Origin: Candidatus Latescibacterota bacterium
GTDB lineage: Bacteria; Latescibacterota; UBA2968; UBA8231
Assembly: GCA_965243025.1 (NCBI GenBank)
Contig: CBDETY010000003.1
Coordinates: 320,001-384,000 of the forward strand
DNA length: 64,000 nt
Direction of reading: 5' to 3'
The notes beneath the pieces were generated by a model. It searched no databases. It was given only the letters and a program-made list of their open reading frames with translations, and had not been told where the DNA came from. Numbering within the stretch: position 1 is the stretch's first letter; each line of letters opens with the position of its first letter. A program made the translations under genes and the position numbers. Positions 37,319 through 45,911 of this stretch are shown piece after piece.

Positions 37319-37549
37319 ATGAAATCAGTACACATCCGAGGTATCGAAGCAGCCACCCTGGCGGCCCTCAAGCGCCTTGCAAGGTGCCACCGACGGTCCC
37401 TTCAAGGGGAGCTCCACGCCATCCTCGAGCGCGCAGCGCGTACAGCCCCTCCCGAGGAGGAAGCCGGGCTGGACTGGATCACGGTGGAGACCGGGGGCCG
37501 CTCACCCACCTGGTCGCGCAGCGAGATTTATGACGATCGAGGTCGGTGA
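37319..37549 (+). CDS. Ribbon-helix-helix antitoxin (FitA/Arc-like)
   Basis: SVHIRGI..LKRLA..HRRSLQGEL..IL, C-terminal WSRSEIYD; overlaps a PIN fragment. Confidence 0.82.
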   Translation: MKSVHIRGIEAATLAALKRLARCHRRSLQGELHAILERAARTAPPEEEAGLDWITVETGGRSPTWSRSEIYDDRGR

Positions 37550-37625
37550 GGCCGTCTTCGCCGATACGAACGTGCTGCTCTGCGCCACCGACAGGTCGCG
37601 GAGGCGCGCCGGCATGAGGCCTTAG
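37530..37625 (+). pseudogene. Truncated PIN-domain toxin
   Basis: MTIEVGEAVFADTNVLLCATD, then an early stop. Confidence 0.7.
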
Positions 37626-37828
37626 CCCATCAGGGTCCTCGACCCAGGGACAGTCGTTTCCGGCGGAGGCCATCGGATGCTCGCCACGTCGGCTTGTCCC
37701 TTCCCGGGAGGCGACGGGCAGGCAGGCGCCCCCGGCAACCTCGTCGAGACCCCTGGCGCTTGCGGCCCGGCCCCGCCGGCCCTCGATGCATGCGCCGAAA
37801 TGCCTATACTGCAGGCATGGAAAGCAGG

Positions 37829-38077
37829 CATTACCAAACAGTACACCCTTCGCGGCGTTCCCGATCACGTCGACCGCGCCCTGCGCGAGAGGGCGGCGAC
37901 CTATGGCCGGAGTCTGAACCGCGTCGCCCTCGAAGCCCTCGAGCTGGGGCTGGACTGGAGCGGGAAGAGAGACGGTTCCACGATCTCGATCACCTCGCCG
38001 GCACCTGGGTCGACGACCCCGGGTTCGACCGGGTGATCGAGGAGATGGACACAGTGGACGAAGAGCTGTGGTCGTGA
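37829..38077 (+). pseudogene. Frameshifted RHH antitoxin
   Basis: KQYTLRGVPDHVDRALRERA..SLNRVALEALELG in one frame; ..FHDLDHLAGTWVDDPGFDRVIEE..DEELWS in another. Shift near 37955; no clean in-frame ATG. Confidence 0.7.
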
Positions 38078-38460
38078 GGATCGCCATCGACACCAAAAGT
38101 TACCGGGACTTCTGCGCGGGTGATCCCGCCTGCCTCGATCTGGTGCAGCGGTCGGAGCGCGTCTACCTGCCTTTCATCACCCTCGGGGAGCTGCGCGCCG
38201 GATTCCTGGCCGGTGCGCGGGCCGGCGCCAACGAGCGGGTGCTGGAGCGGTTCCTCTCCTCGCCGAGAGTCGAGGTCGTTTTCCCCACTGCCGCCACGAC
38301 CCGCCAGTACGCCCAGCTCTTACTGCAGTTGCGCACCCAGGGGACGCCGATCCCCGCCAATGACCTGTGGATCGCCGCGCTGGTCCTGGAGAACGACGTG
38401 CACCTCTTCTCCCGGGATGCCCACTTCGACCGGCTGCCCCAGCTGCCCCGGGCGGCCTGA
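38074..38460 (+). CDS. vapC: VapC-family PIN-domain toxin
   Basis: RIAIDT, TLGELRAG, PIPANDLWIAA, SRDAHF; GTGA overlap with the antitoxin stop. Confidence 0.88.
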   Translation: MRIAIDTKSYRDFCAGDPACLDLVQRSERVYLPFITLGELRAGFLAGARAGANERVLERFLSSPRVEVVFPTAATTRQYAQLLLQLRTQGTPIPANDLWIAALVLENDVHLFSRDAHFDRLPQLPRAA

Positions 38461-38554
38461 AAGGCTCGCTGAGGGGGTCGGGGCATTCTCGATACCGTCT
38501 ATCTTTCCTTCTATACTTTTCGCCCCTGGCTTCGCCGGATTTCTGCGGAATGAC

Positions 38555-38668
38555 ATGACCGGAACTCCCGAACAGAACGCGCGGCGCGATATCGACGCGA
38601 ACCTCGAAGCGGCCGGCTGGCTGGTCCAGAGCCGCAGTGAGCTCGACCTCCCCGCCGGCCGCGGCGGG
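38555..38668 (+). pseudogene. hsdR: 5' fragment of a type I restriction subunit R
   Basis: TPEQNARRDIDANLEAAGWLVQ..LDLPAGRG resembles HsdR N-termini; fused to an unrelated antitoxin tail. Confidence 0.7.
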
Positions 38669-38815
38669 TTCGACGATCCGAAGTTCAGCCGCAAGGTGCT
38701 GGGGCTCGAGGATGAGGAGTAGGTTTCCAGCCATGCGCATTCTTCATGGGCAGCAATTTCTCGGAGAACGAACTCCGATTCTTAGCTGAGCAGGAGGCTC
38801 AGCACCGCTACCACA
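38669..38815 (+). pseudogene. Remnant of a Phd/PIN pair (antitoxin tail plus PIN 5' fragment), paralogous to 38834-39376
   Basis: FDDPKFSRKVLGLEDEE* matches FHDSALSRRVLGLEDEE*; followed by MRIL / FSENELRF versus MRVL / FSDEQRRF. Confidence 0.7.
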
Positions 38816-38833
38816 CATTCAGGAGCATGGACC

Positions 38834-39115
38834 ATGGAACTAACCTTGCACGAGGCGGAGAACCGCCTCGCCGAGTTGGTCACCGCGGCCGAGAAGGGCG
38901 AACGGGTGGTGATTGTCAAGGACGGGGAGCCATCCGTTCAACTGGTGCGCTGTAGACGAAAGCAAGGCGGCGGTCTGGACTGGGACAGACTGAACGACAT
39001 CCGTCGCGAACTCGGGATCAAGGACGCCCCTCCGGAAGAAGCCGAGGCGATGTTAGCCGCCTTTCACGACTCCGCCCTCAGCCGCCGCGTTCTGGGACTT
39101 GAGGACGAGGAATAG
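38834..39115 (+). CDS. Phd/YefM (prevent-host-death) family antitoxin
   Basis: MELTLHEAENRLAELVTAAEKGERVVIVKDGEP. Confidence 0.85.
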   Translation: MELTLHEAENRLAELVTAAEKGERVVIVKDGEPSVQLVRCRRKQGGGLDWDRLNDIRRELGIKDAPPEEAEAMLAAFHDSALSRRVLGLEDEE

Positions 39116-39130
39116 GCGGGAGACGGCCTG

Positions 39131-39376
39131 GTGCGCGTCCTCCTCGATACTCCATTCCTGGATGGTCTGATGGAGGCCCAGGGGCGGTTCTCGGATGAGC
39201 AGCGCCGGTTCATTGTGCCCCTGACCGAGCGTCACGCCGCCAGCGAGCTGCAGACCCCTCTTTCCCACAGAGATCCCTTCGACGAGTTGCTCCTCGTGCA
39301 GGCCCAGGAAGAAGACCTCAAGCTCCTCACCGCGGACCGGCAGCTCATCGGGCATCCGCTGGCCATCACAGCCTGA
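39131..39376 (+). pseudogene. PIN-domain toxin with internal in-frame deletion (81 aa)
   Basis: Has MRVLLDT and HRDPFDELLLVQAQ..LLTAD but lacks the central S..S.WE segment. Confidence 0.72.
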
Positions 39377-39380
39377 GCGC

Positions 39381-39650
39381 ATGGACACCTCCCAGATCGG
39401 CAAGCGGGCCTGGAGCTATGCCGGCGTTTTGCAGGACGCCGGGCTCTCCTGCTTCGAGTACGTCGAGCAGCTGACCCTGCTGCTCTTCCTCAAGATGGCG
39501 GACCAGCTCACCGAGCCGCCCCGCGAGCGCGAAGCGATCGTGCCCCCGCAGCTCGGCTGGAAGACCCTGCTGCCGCTCGACGGCGCAGCGCTGAATAAGT
39601 CGCCCAGCCACTCGCATTTTCCGGATCCGTGGCGGAAGAAATCCCGGTAA
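39381..39650 (+). pseudogene. hsdM: 5' fragment of a type I methyltransferase subunit M
   Basis: W.YAGVLQDAGLS..EYVEQLTLLLFLKMAD..W..L..LDG; similarity is lost after about 70 aa. Confidence 0.8.
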
Positions 39651-39800
39651 GATGCTCCAGAGGTCGGTGCCCGCGACCGCATCGTTCCGGCCAAGTCGGT
39701 TGCCGAGCCGTCGGCGGCGTACGATCCGCGGCCGGCTCGTCGAAAACGAAGTTCCACCTCCGGGCTCTGCGATCCCAACCCCCTTGACGTATGAAACCAA

Positions 39801-39942
39801 GAGGGGCAACCAGCTGCTGGGAACGGTCGCCGTGGCCTGCTAGTCCGCACTACCTGTCGATCCCTTTCCCCGCCCGGGCAGCCGCCAGCGCCGCCCGGGC
39901 CTTTTCCGGCTCTCCAACCGCTGCATAAGCTCCGGCCAGTGC
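39801..39942 (+). repeat. Degenerate direct repeat, copy C (decayed protein C tail plus intact 3' end of the GT-C/TPR gene)
   Basis: CAACCAGCTGCTGGGAACGGTCGCCGTGGCCTGCTAG..CCGGGCAGCCGCCAGC..TTTTCCGGC..TCCAACCGCTG aligns with 22680-22820. Confidence 0.85.
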
Positions 39943-42021
39943 CTGCAGCACCCGCACCGGGTCGGGAGCATCCTCCACCGCTCCCTCGAGCAGCTCGATC
40001 CCCCGCCAATAGTTCCCCGAGGCGATTTCGGTGAGCCCGAGATTGACGCGCGCCGGAGCGTAGGAGCCGTCGATCGCCAGCCCCCGCTCGAGGTAACGGC
40101 GGGCCCCGTCGACGTCCCCGGAGGCGAGGGCGGCGGCGCCGGCCGCGCTGAGGGGATCGGGGCGGTCGGGAGCCAGCTGTCCGGAGCGCTCGAAGGCTTT
40201 CACCGCCTCCCGCGGGAGGCCCGAGGCGTGCAGGGCGCGGCCGAGGTCGTAGGGGGCCGACCAGGAACCGGGATCGAGCCCGGAGGCCGCTTCAAGCTGC
40301 GGAACCGCTTCCTCCGCGCGTCCGAGACGGAGCAGCCAGCGGCCGAGGAGGTGGCGGGCTTCCACGAGCCCGGGTGCGGCGCGCACGGTCTCCGCTAACT
40401 GCACGAGCGCGGAATCGCGGGCTCCCTGCGCCCACAGGGCGCGGGCGTGCTGAAGCCGGGTGGGCGCGCGGGCAGGGTAGAGCTCCAGGGCGCGGCGGCT
40501 CGCCTTCTCCGCCTGCCGCGGGCGCTCGAGGGCGAGCCAGGCCACCGCCATGTTGTGCCAGGCGGAGGCGTAGCCGGGCTCGAGCTCGGCGGCGCGCCGG
40601 GAGTGGGCCAGCGACTCGCGCCAGCGCTCCTTGCGCAGCATGACCTCGCCGAGGTCGTGGTGCAGCTGCGCGTCCTCCGAAGTGGGGGGCGCGGCCGGAA
40701 GGTTGACGGCGATGCCCGCGGCCAGGACCGCCGCGGCCGCGGCCCCCGCCGGCCGCCAGTTCCGGGCCCGTACATGGGAGGCGATCCAGGCGGCCCCCAC
40801 CGCGGCGAACGGCAGCCAGGCCGGGGTCAGGGGGGTGCGGTAGCGGCTGGTCACGAAGAAGAGGACGATCGACAGACCGTACCCGGCGAGAAACAGGCGC
40901 AGCAGGTCGAGGGCCGGGTTCCGCTGCCGCCAGGTAACCGCCAGTCCGAGCAGGGCGAAGGGCAGGACGACGCCGTGGGGGAAGGAGATCACCTCGTCCC
41001 ACAGCAGCAGCGACAACAGGCGCGAGTGCCCGGCGGCGTAGTAGGGATCCTGGTTGCGCTTGACCTCCGGTCCTGAGAGGAGCAGCCAGGCCTTCTCCGC
41101 CAGCCGCCCGGCCCAGCCGGGGAGGTCGGAGGCGATGTCGGCGAAGGCGCGGCGCGTGAAGTAGGCGGAACGCTCCCCCGGGGACTCGTACCCCGCCTCG
41201 ACCGGCTCCGCCATGAGCCGCTCCCAGTGCATTCCCGGGTGGATGGCGACGGTGCTGTCGGCGGCGGCGTTGTTGCCGATGTAGAAGTTTACCCCGCCGT
41301 TCGCCGAGACGAGCACGAACTCGCCGCCGACCGCGGCGTTGCGCCAGGTGACCGGCCCGACGACGCAGGCGAACCCGACCAGCGCGGCCAGCAGCTGGCG
41401 GAGATACCTTCCCGCGGCCGGTCGCGGCCGCAGCCACGGGAGCGCGCAGGCGGCCAGCGCGAGGAACAGGATGATGTTCGGCCTGGTTACCGCAGCCAGT
41501 CCGCCGACGAAGCCGGCCGCCCCCCAGCGGGCGAGACCGGTTCCCTCCCGTGCCCGTGCCAGGAGCAACAGCAGGAGCAGGTAGAGGAACACCTCGAGCG
41601 CCACCGACAGCAGCTCCCCTTCGAAGTAGAGAAGCGGACCCCAGAGGGCCATGGCCGCGGCCGCCGCAGCGGCCGCCCACGCCGACGGCAGGGCGCGCAG
41701 GGAAAGGCGGTAGAGGAGCAGGCAGGAGCAGGCGCCGATCAGGGCGTGGGCAACCCGCACCGCCGCGAAGACGCCGTCGCCGAAGACCCGCAGGAACGCG
41801 GCGAGGAAATAGGGGAACATCGGCGGCTGCCAGAAGGCGTTGTCGCCGCCGAGCAGGCCGCCCGCGGCGACGAGGCGCGCCTGCTCCAGGTAGGTCCGGG
41901 CGTCGACGACCGGGGCGTCGAAGAAGGGGTTGCCGCGGCTTTCGAGCAGGTATGCCAGGCGCACCGCCAGGGCCCCGAGGAAGAGGGCACAGGGAATCCA
42001 CAGGCCCCGGCGGTCCCGCAC
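39850..42021 (-). CDS. GT-C fold (PMT_2/GT39/ArnT-like) glycosyltransferase with C-terminal TPR repeats
   Basis: PVVDARTY..F.QPP.FPYF, TRPNI, RN..VGGE..GGVNFYIGNN, FFVTSRYR.P; multiple TPRs. Confidence 0.87.
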   Translation of the reverse strand: MRDRRGLWIPCALFLGALAVRLAYLLESRGNPFFDAPVVDARTYLEQARLVAAGGLLGGDNAFWQPPMFPYFLAAFLRVFGDGVFAAVRVAHALIGACSCLLLYRLSLRALPSAWAAAAAAAAMALWGPLLYFEGELLSVALEVFLYLLLLLLLARAREGTGLARWGAAGFVGGLAAVTRPNIILFLALAACALPWLRPRPAAGRYLRQLLAALVGFACVVGPVTWRNAAVGGEFVLVSANGGVNFYIGNNAAADSTVAIHPGMHWERLMAEPVEAGYESPGERSAYFTRRAFADIASDLPGWAGRLAEKAWLLLSGPEVKRNQDPYYAAGHSRLLSLLLWDEVISFPHGVVLPFALLGLAVTWRQRNPALDLLRLFLAGYGLSIVLFFVTSRYRTPLTPAWLPFAAVGAAWIASHVRARNWRPAGAAAAAVLAAGIAVNLPAAPPTSEDAQLHHDLGEVMLRKERWRESLAHSRRAAELEPGYASAWHNMAVAWLALERPRQAEKASRRALELYPARAPTRLQHARALWAQGARDSALVQLAETVRAAPGLVEARHLLGRWLLRLGRAEEAVPQLEAASGLDPGSWSAPYDLGRALHASGLPREAVKAFERSGQLAPDRPDPLSAAGAAALASGDVDGARRYLERGLAIDGSYAPARVNLGLTEIASGNYWRGIELLEGAVEDAPDPVRVLQALAGAYAAVGEPEKARAALAAARAGKGIDR

Positions 42022-42073
42022 CAGGCTGTGGAAGCGGCCGCTCAGGCCGGTTTCGGCGGCTGCGGCGGGGGAA

Positions 42074-42820
42074 TCAGAAGACGAGATCGGTGTATTCTTC
42101 GTGCCGGTGAAAGCTCAGCTCGGTGATGCGGGCGGTGGAGGAGAGCTCGGGGTCCTCGAGTCCGCCGCTGTAGTTGTAGCGGCAGACGGCGAACTGCCAG
42201 ACCGAACCGGGGGCAGGGGGAGCGTCCCGGCCGAAGGCGCTCCAGGGCACGGTTACCTCCACCGACCAGGAGCTGTCGGTCACGGCGACCCGCCGGGTGG
42301 CGCCGCTTGCCGGGGGAACGAACGGTACCACCTGCTCCCAGGTGATGGTTCCCCCCTTCGAGATGCGGGCGCGGTCGGGGATGTGGATGTCGAGGAGGAA
42401 ACCGTTCGGGGTCACGTGGATTTCCCAGTAGTCCGTCCGTCCGCTGCCGGGCTTGACGAAGATCTCGACGACGTCGCCGAGGGCGGGCATCTTCTGCTCG
42501 TCGCCGGTGGCCCGGGAGAAGATGTCGCTGTCGAGCAGGTGGACGTAGAACGACAGCCCCCGCCCCGTGGCGCCGGCATAGGCGACTCCCGCCTCCTCCG
42601 GAAACCTGTCCTCCCCCTCCCAGAACTGCCCGAGCGGCAGCGGCTCGCAGGCGCGGTACCTCGCTGGCCGGCGGGCGCCGAAGTCCTCGAGCGGGCCCGA
42701 GAGCTGTTGCGCCGCGATCGAGGGGTTTGGCGGAGATTCCCGTTGCCCCTGCACAGGTTGATCGTGGCAGGTGCAGAGCCCCGCCAGCAACATCCACCGG
42801 ACGACGGGTATGCCCTGCAC
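42074..42820 (-). CDS. Carbohydrate-binding family 9-like protein
   Basis: GDVVEIFVKP..YWEIHVTPNG..WSVEVTVPW..W.FAVCRY..SFH; start uncertain. Confidence 0.72.
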   Translation of the reverse strand: MQGIPVVRWMLLAGLCTCHDQPVQGQRESPPNPSIAAQQLSGPLEDFGARRPARYRACEPLPLGQFWEGEDRFPEEAGVAYAGATGRGLSFYVHLLDSDIFSRATGDEQKMPALGDVVEIFVKPGSGRTDYWEIHVTPNGFLLDIHIPDRARISKGGTITWEQVVPFVPPASGATRRVAVTDSSWSVEVTVPWSAFGRDAPPAPGSVWQFAVCRYNYSGGLEDPELSSTARITELSFHRHEEYTDLVF

Positions 42821-43048
42821 CGGCAGGAGTCCTTTCCGCGGCCGCTTCTCCCCCCCCGGAAGCCGGGCGGCATCCCCGCTGCCGCGGCGGTGCGGATTCC
42901 CTGGGTTTTTCGGTGTCGGGCCCTGCATGTCGTCCAAGATAAGCGGTTTCGACGGCGTGGAATAAACGCCGCATGAATTGAAAATGGCCGCCGGCTTGCG
43001 TACTGTGACGCCCATGCCGAACCCCCCCTCACCGGCCCCCCGCCCGAC

Positions 43049-44053
43049 ATGACACCCGAGTACGTCCTCAGGCGGTTCGGGGTGTTCCTGATGATCGTCT
43101 GGGCCGGGGCGACCCTGAATTTCGTCATTCCCCGCATCGCCCCGGTAAACCCGATCCGCGAGCGGCTGCTGCAGGCGGTCTCCCTGGGCGGGGCGGGAAA
43201 GGCGGACATGGAGCGGGTCGTCGCCTCGTACGAGGCGCGCTTCGGACTCGACCAGCCCCTGTGGAAACAGTACTTCCGCTATCTCGCCGACCTGGGAAGC
43301 TTCGACTTCGGCTACTCCATCGCCTTTTTCCCGACCAAAGCCCTGGACATCATCCTCGACGCCCTGCCCTGGACCCTCGGGCTGCTCGGGGTGGCGACTC
43401 TGATCTCCTTCGCCGTCGGTTCCCTGTTCGGGGCCCTGCTGGCCTGGCCGCGCAGCCCCCCGTTCCTCGGCTGGCTCGCCGCGCCTTTCCTCGCCCTGTC
43501 GGCGGTGCCCTACTACCTGCTGGGGCTGATGCTCGTCTTCGTGCTCGGGTTCACCTTCAGGCTGTTTCCCCTCGGAGGGGGATTCACCCTCGGCAGCATC
43601 CCGGTGCCGACCCTTGCGTTCGCGCTGGACGTGCTGCGCCACTCGGTCGTGCCCGCCCTGTCCATCGTGCTGGCGTCGGCCGGCTTCTGGGCCCTGTCGA
43701 TGCGGGGCATGATGGTCACCGTGCTCGGCGAGGAGTTCGTCGCCTACGCCCAGGCGCGGGGCCTGCGCGAGCGGCGGGTGTTTCTGCGCTACGCCCTGCG
43801 CAACGCCCTGCTTCCGCAGACCACCTCCCTCGGGCTGGCGATCGGGTACGTGGTGTCCGGCGCGGTGCTGGTGGAGGCGGTGTTCGCCTATCCCGGGGTG
43901 GGAACGGTGCTGCTGCGGGCGATCCAGACCTTCGACTACTTCGTCATCTACGGCGTCGTCTTCATGGTGATCCTGTCGATCGGGCTCGCCACCCTGGTGC
44001 TCGACCTCGTCTACCCGCTTCTCGATCCGCGCATCACCTACAGGGAACGGTGA
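43049..44053 (+). CDS. ABC transporter permease (OppB/DppB type)
   Basis: FGLDQPLWKQY..DFGYS, EAA loop AQARGL..YALRNALLP, LDPRI. Confidence 0.93.
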   Translation: MTPEYVLRRFGVFLMIVWAGATLNFVIPRIAPVNPIRERLLQAVSLGGAGKADMERVVASYEARFGLDQPLWKQYFRYLADLGSFDFGYSIAFFPTKALDIILDALPWTLGLLGVATLISFAVGSLFGALLAWPRSPPFLGWLAAPFLALSAVPYYLLGLMLVFVLGFTFRLFPLGGGFTLGSIPVPTLAFALDVLRHSVVPALSIVLASAGFWALSMRGMMVTVLGEEFVAYAQARGLRERRVFLRYALRNALLPQTTSLGLAIGYVVSGAVLVEAVFAYPGVGTVLLRAIQTFDYFVIYGVVFMVILSIGLATLVLDLVYPLLDPRITYRER

Positions 44054-44061
44054 GGTCCGCA

Positions 44062-44919
44062 ATGGCCGTTCTGTCTTCCGCGCTGAGGAGCGCCCGGCGC
44101 CATCCCCACCTGACCGCCGGGCTCGCCGTCGTCGCCTTCGTCGTCGCCCTGGGGCCGGTGGGCTCCCTCTTCGTCGACACCGGGGACGCGAGGGTCGGAA
44201 CCGCGGAAGCGAACCTGGCCCCCTCTTCGGGGCATCCGCTGGGGACCGACTCGGTGGGCCGCGACGTGCTGGCGGTGATCGTCGCCGGCACCCCCCTCAC
44301 CCTGCGGATCGGGCTTCTCGCCGGCGCCGTGGGCCTCGGGATCGGGACCTTCCTCGGCTTCCTCGCGGGGTACTTCGGCGGCTGGGCGGACACCGTAATC
44401 CGGAGCGCCGCCGATGTCCTGCTCACCGTTCCGGGGCTCCTGCTGCTCGTGGTCATCGCCACGTCGCTGCGCGCCTCGGTCAGCGTCGACATGATGGCCC
44501 TCGTCATCGCCAGCCTGGCCTGGATGGTACCGACCCGGACGATCCGGGCCCAGGTCCTGTCCCTGCGCGAGCGCGCCTACGTGCAGGTGGCGCGGCTGTC
44601 GGGAATGGGGGACATGGAGATCGTCGTCCGCGAGCTGCTGCCCAACCTGCTGCCCTACCTGGCGGCCAGCTTCGTCGCCGCGGTGGCCTCGGCGGTGCTC
44701 GCATCCATCGGGCTCGAGGCCCTCGGCCTCGGCCCCCAGAACGAGCCGACCCTCGGCATGACCATCTACTGGTGCATCTACTACGCCTCCCTGCTGCGGG
44801 GCATGTGGTGGTGGTGGGTCCCGCCGGTCGCCGTCATCGTCCTCATCTTCATCGGCCTTTTCCTCGTCTCCATGGGGTTGGACCGCGTCGCCAATCCCCG
44901 GCTGCAGAAGGCTCCGTGA
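44062..44919 (+). CDS. ABC transporter permease (OppC/DppC type)
   Basis: HPLGTDSVGRDV, ERAYVQVARLSG, LLPN; 3' part of track ORF 43261-44919. Confidence 0.92.
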   Translation: MAVLSSALRSARRHPHLTAGLAVVAFVVALGPVGSLFVDTGDARVGTAEANLAPSSGHPLGTDSVGRDVLAVIVAGTPLTLRIGLLAGAVGLGIGTFLGFLAGYFGGWADTVIRSAADVLLTVPGLLLLVVIATSLRASVSVDMMALVIASLAWMVPTRTIRAQVLSLRERAYVQVARLSGMGDMEIVVRELLPNLLPYLAASFVAAVASAVLASIGLEALGLGPQNEPTLGMTIYWCIYYASLLRGMWWWWVPPVAVIVLIFIGLFLVSMGLDRVANPRLQKAP

Positions 44920-45911
44920 GCGGGCGCGGCAGTGCCGGGGCCGCGCTCCGGGTCGAGGACCTGCGGGTATCCTACCGCACCGGGAGGGGGCCGGTGCTCG
45001 CCGCCGACGGCGTCGGCTTCAGCATCGGGCGGGGGGAGTGCCTGGGACTGGTGGGGGAGTCGGGCTCCGGCAAGTCGACGACGGCCATGGCGCTGATGCG
45101 CCTCATCCAGCCGCCCGGCATGATCGAGTCGGGCCGCGTCTGGCTCGGCGGGCAGGAGCTGCTCGGCCTCCCCGAGGAGGAGATGCGGCAGGTCCGGTTC
45201 GCCCGCGTCTCGCTGATCCCCCAGGGGGCGATGAACTCCCTCAACCCGGTGATGAGGACGGGGGACCAGATCGCCGACACCATCACCGCCCACGAGGGCG
45301 GGCTCACCCGTTCAGGGCTGGACCGGCGCGTGGCGGAGTTGCTCGCCATGGTGGAGCTGGAACCCTCCGCGGCGCGTGCCTTCCCGCACGAGCTCAGCGG
45401 CGGCATGAAGCAGCGGGTCTGCATGGCGATGGCGGTGGCCCTCGGGCCCGAGGTCATCATCGCGGACGAGCCGACCAGCGCCCTCGACGTGGTGGTGCAG
45501 AAGCGGGTCATGGAGACCTTGGGACAGCTTCAGGAGAAGCTCGACGCGGCGCTGCTGCTCGTGGGCCATGACATGGGACTCATGGCCCAGTGCGTCGACC
45601 GCATCGGCGTCATGTACGCCGGCCGGCTCGTCGAAGAAGGGGGCGTCGACGAGGTGCTGAAGTCTCCGCTCCACCCCTACACCCAGCTGCTGGTGGCAAG
45701 CCTCCCCTCCGTCGAGCAGAGAGGGGTGTTCCGCGGCATCCCCGGACTGCCCCCCTCCCTCACCGACCCGCCCGGCGGGTGCCTGTTCCACCCGCGCTGC
45801 CCCGAAGCGATGGAGCGCTGCGCTGCCGAGGCCCCCCGCCTGGAGGCGCCGGAACCGCCCCGGCAGGGCCGTCGCGTCGCCTGCCTCCTCCACGCTCCGG
45901 CTTCCCCGTGA
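44916..45911 (+). CDS. ABC transporter ATP-binding protein (OppD/DppD type)
   Basis: GESGSGKS, ELSGGMKQR, ADEPTSALD, HPYT, GCLFHPRC; GTGA overlap. Confidence 0.94.
   Translation: MSGRGSAGAALRVEDLRVSYRTGRGPVLAADGVGFSIGRGECLGLVGESGSGKSTTAMALMRLIQPPGMIESGRVWLGGQELLGLPEEEMRQVRFARVSLIPQGAMNSLNPVMRTGDQIADTITAHEGGLTRSGLDRRVAELLAMVELEPSAARAFPHELSGGMKQRVCMAMAVALGPEVIIADEPTSALDVVVQKRVMETLGQLQEKLDAALLLVGHDMGLMAQCVDRIGVMYAGRLVEEGGVDEVLKSPLHPYTQLLVASLPSVEQRGVFRGIPGLPPSLTDPPGGCLFHPRCPEAMERCAAEAPRLEAPEPPRQGRRVACLLHAPASP

Noticed and set aside
35700-39800. Integron cassette array (co-oriented TA genes)
   Set aside because: No intI and no recurring attC-like RYYYAAC..GTTRRRY structures recognised between the genes.
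39586-39800. Possible IS-end remnant after the hsdM stub
   Set aside because: No partner inverted repeat or transposase fragment could be identified.
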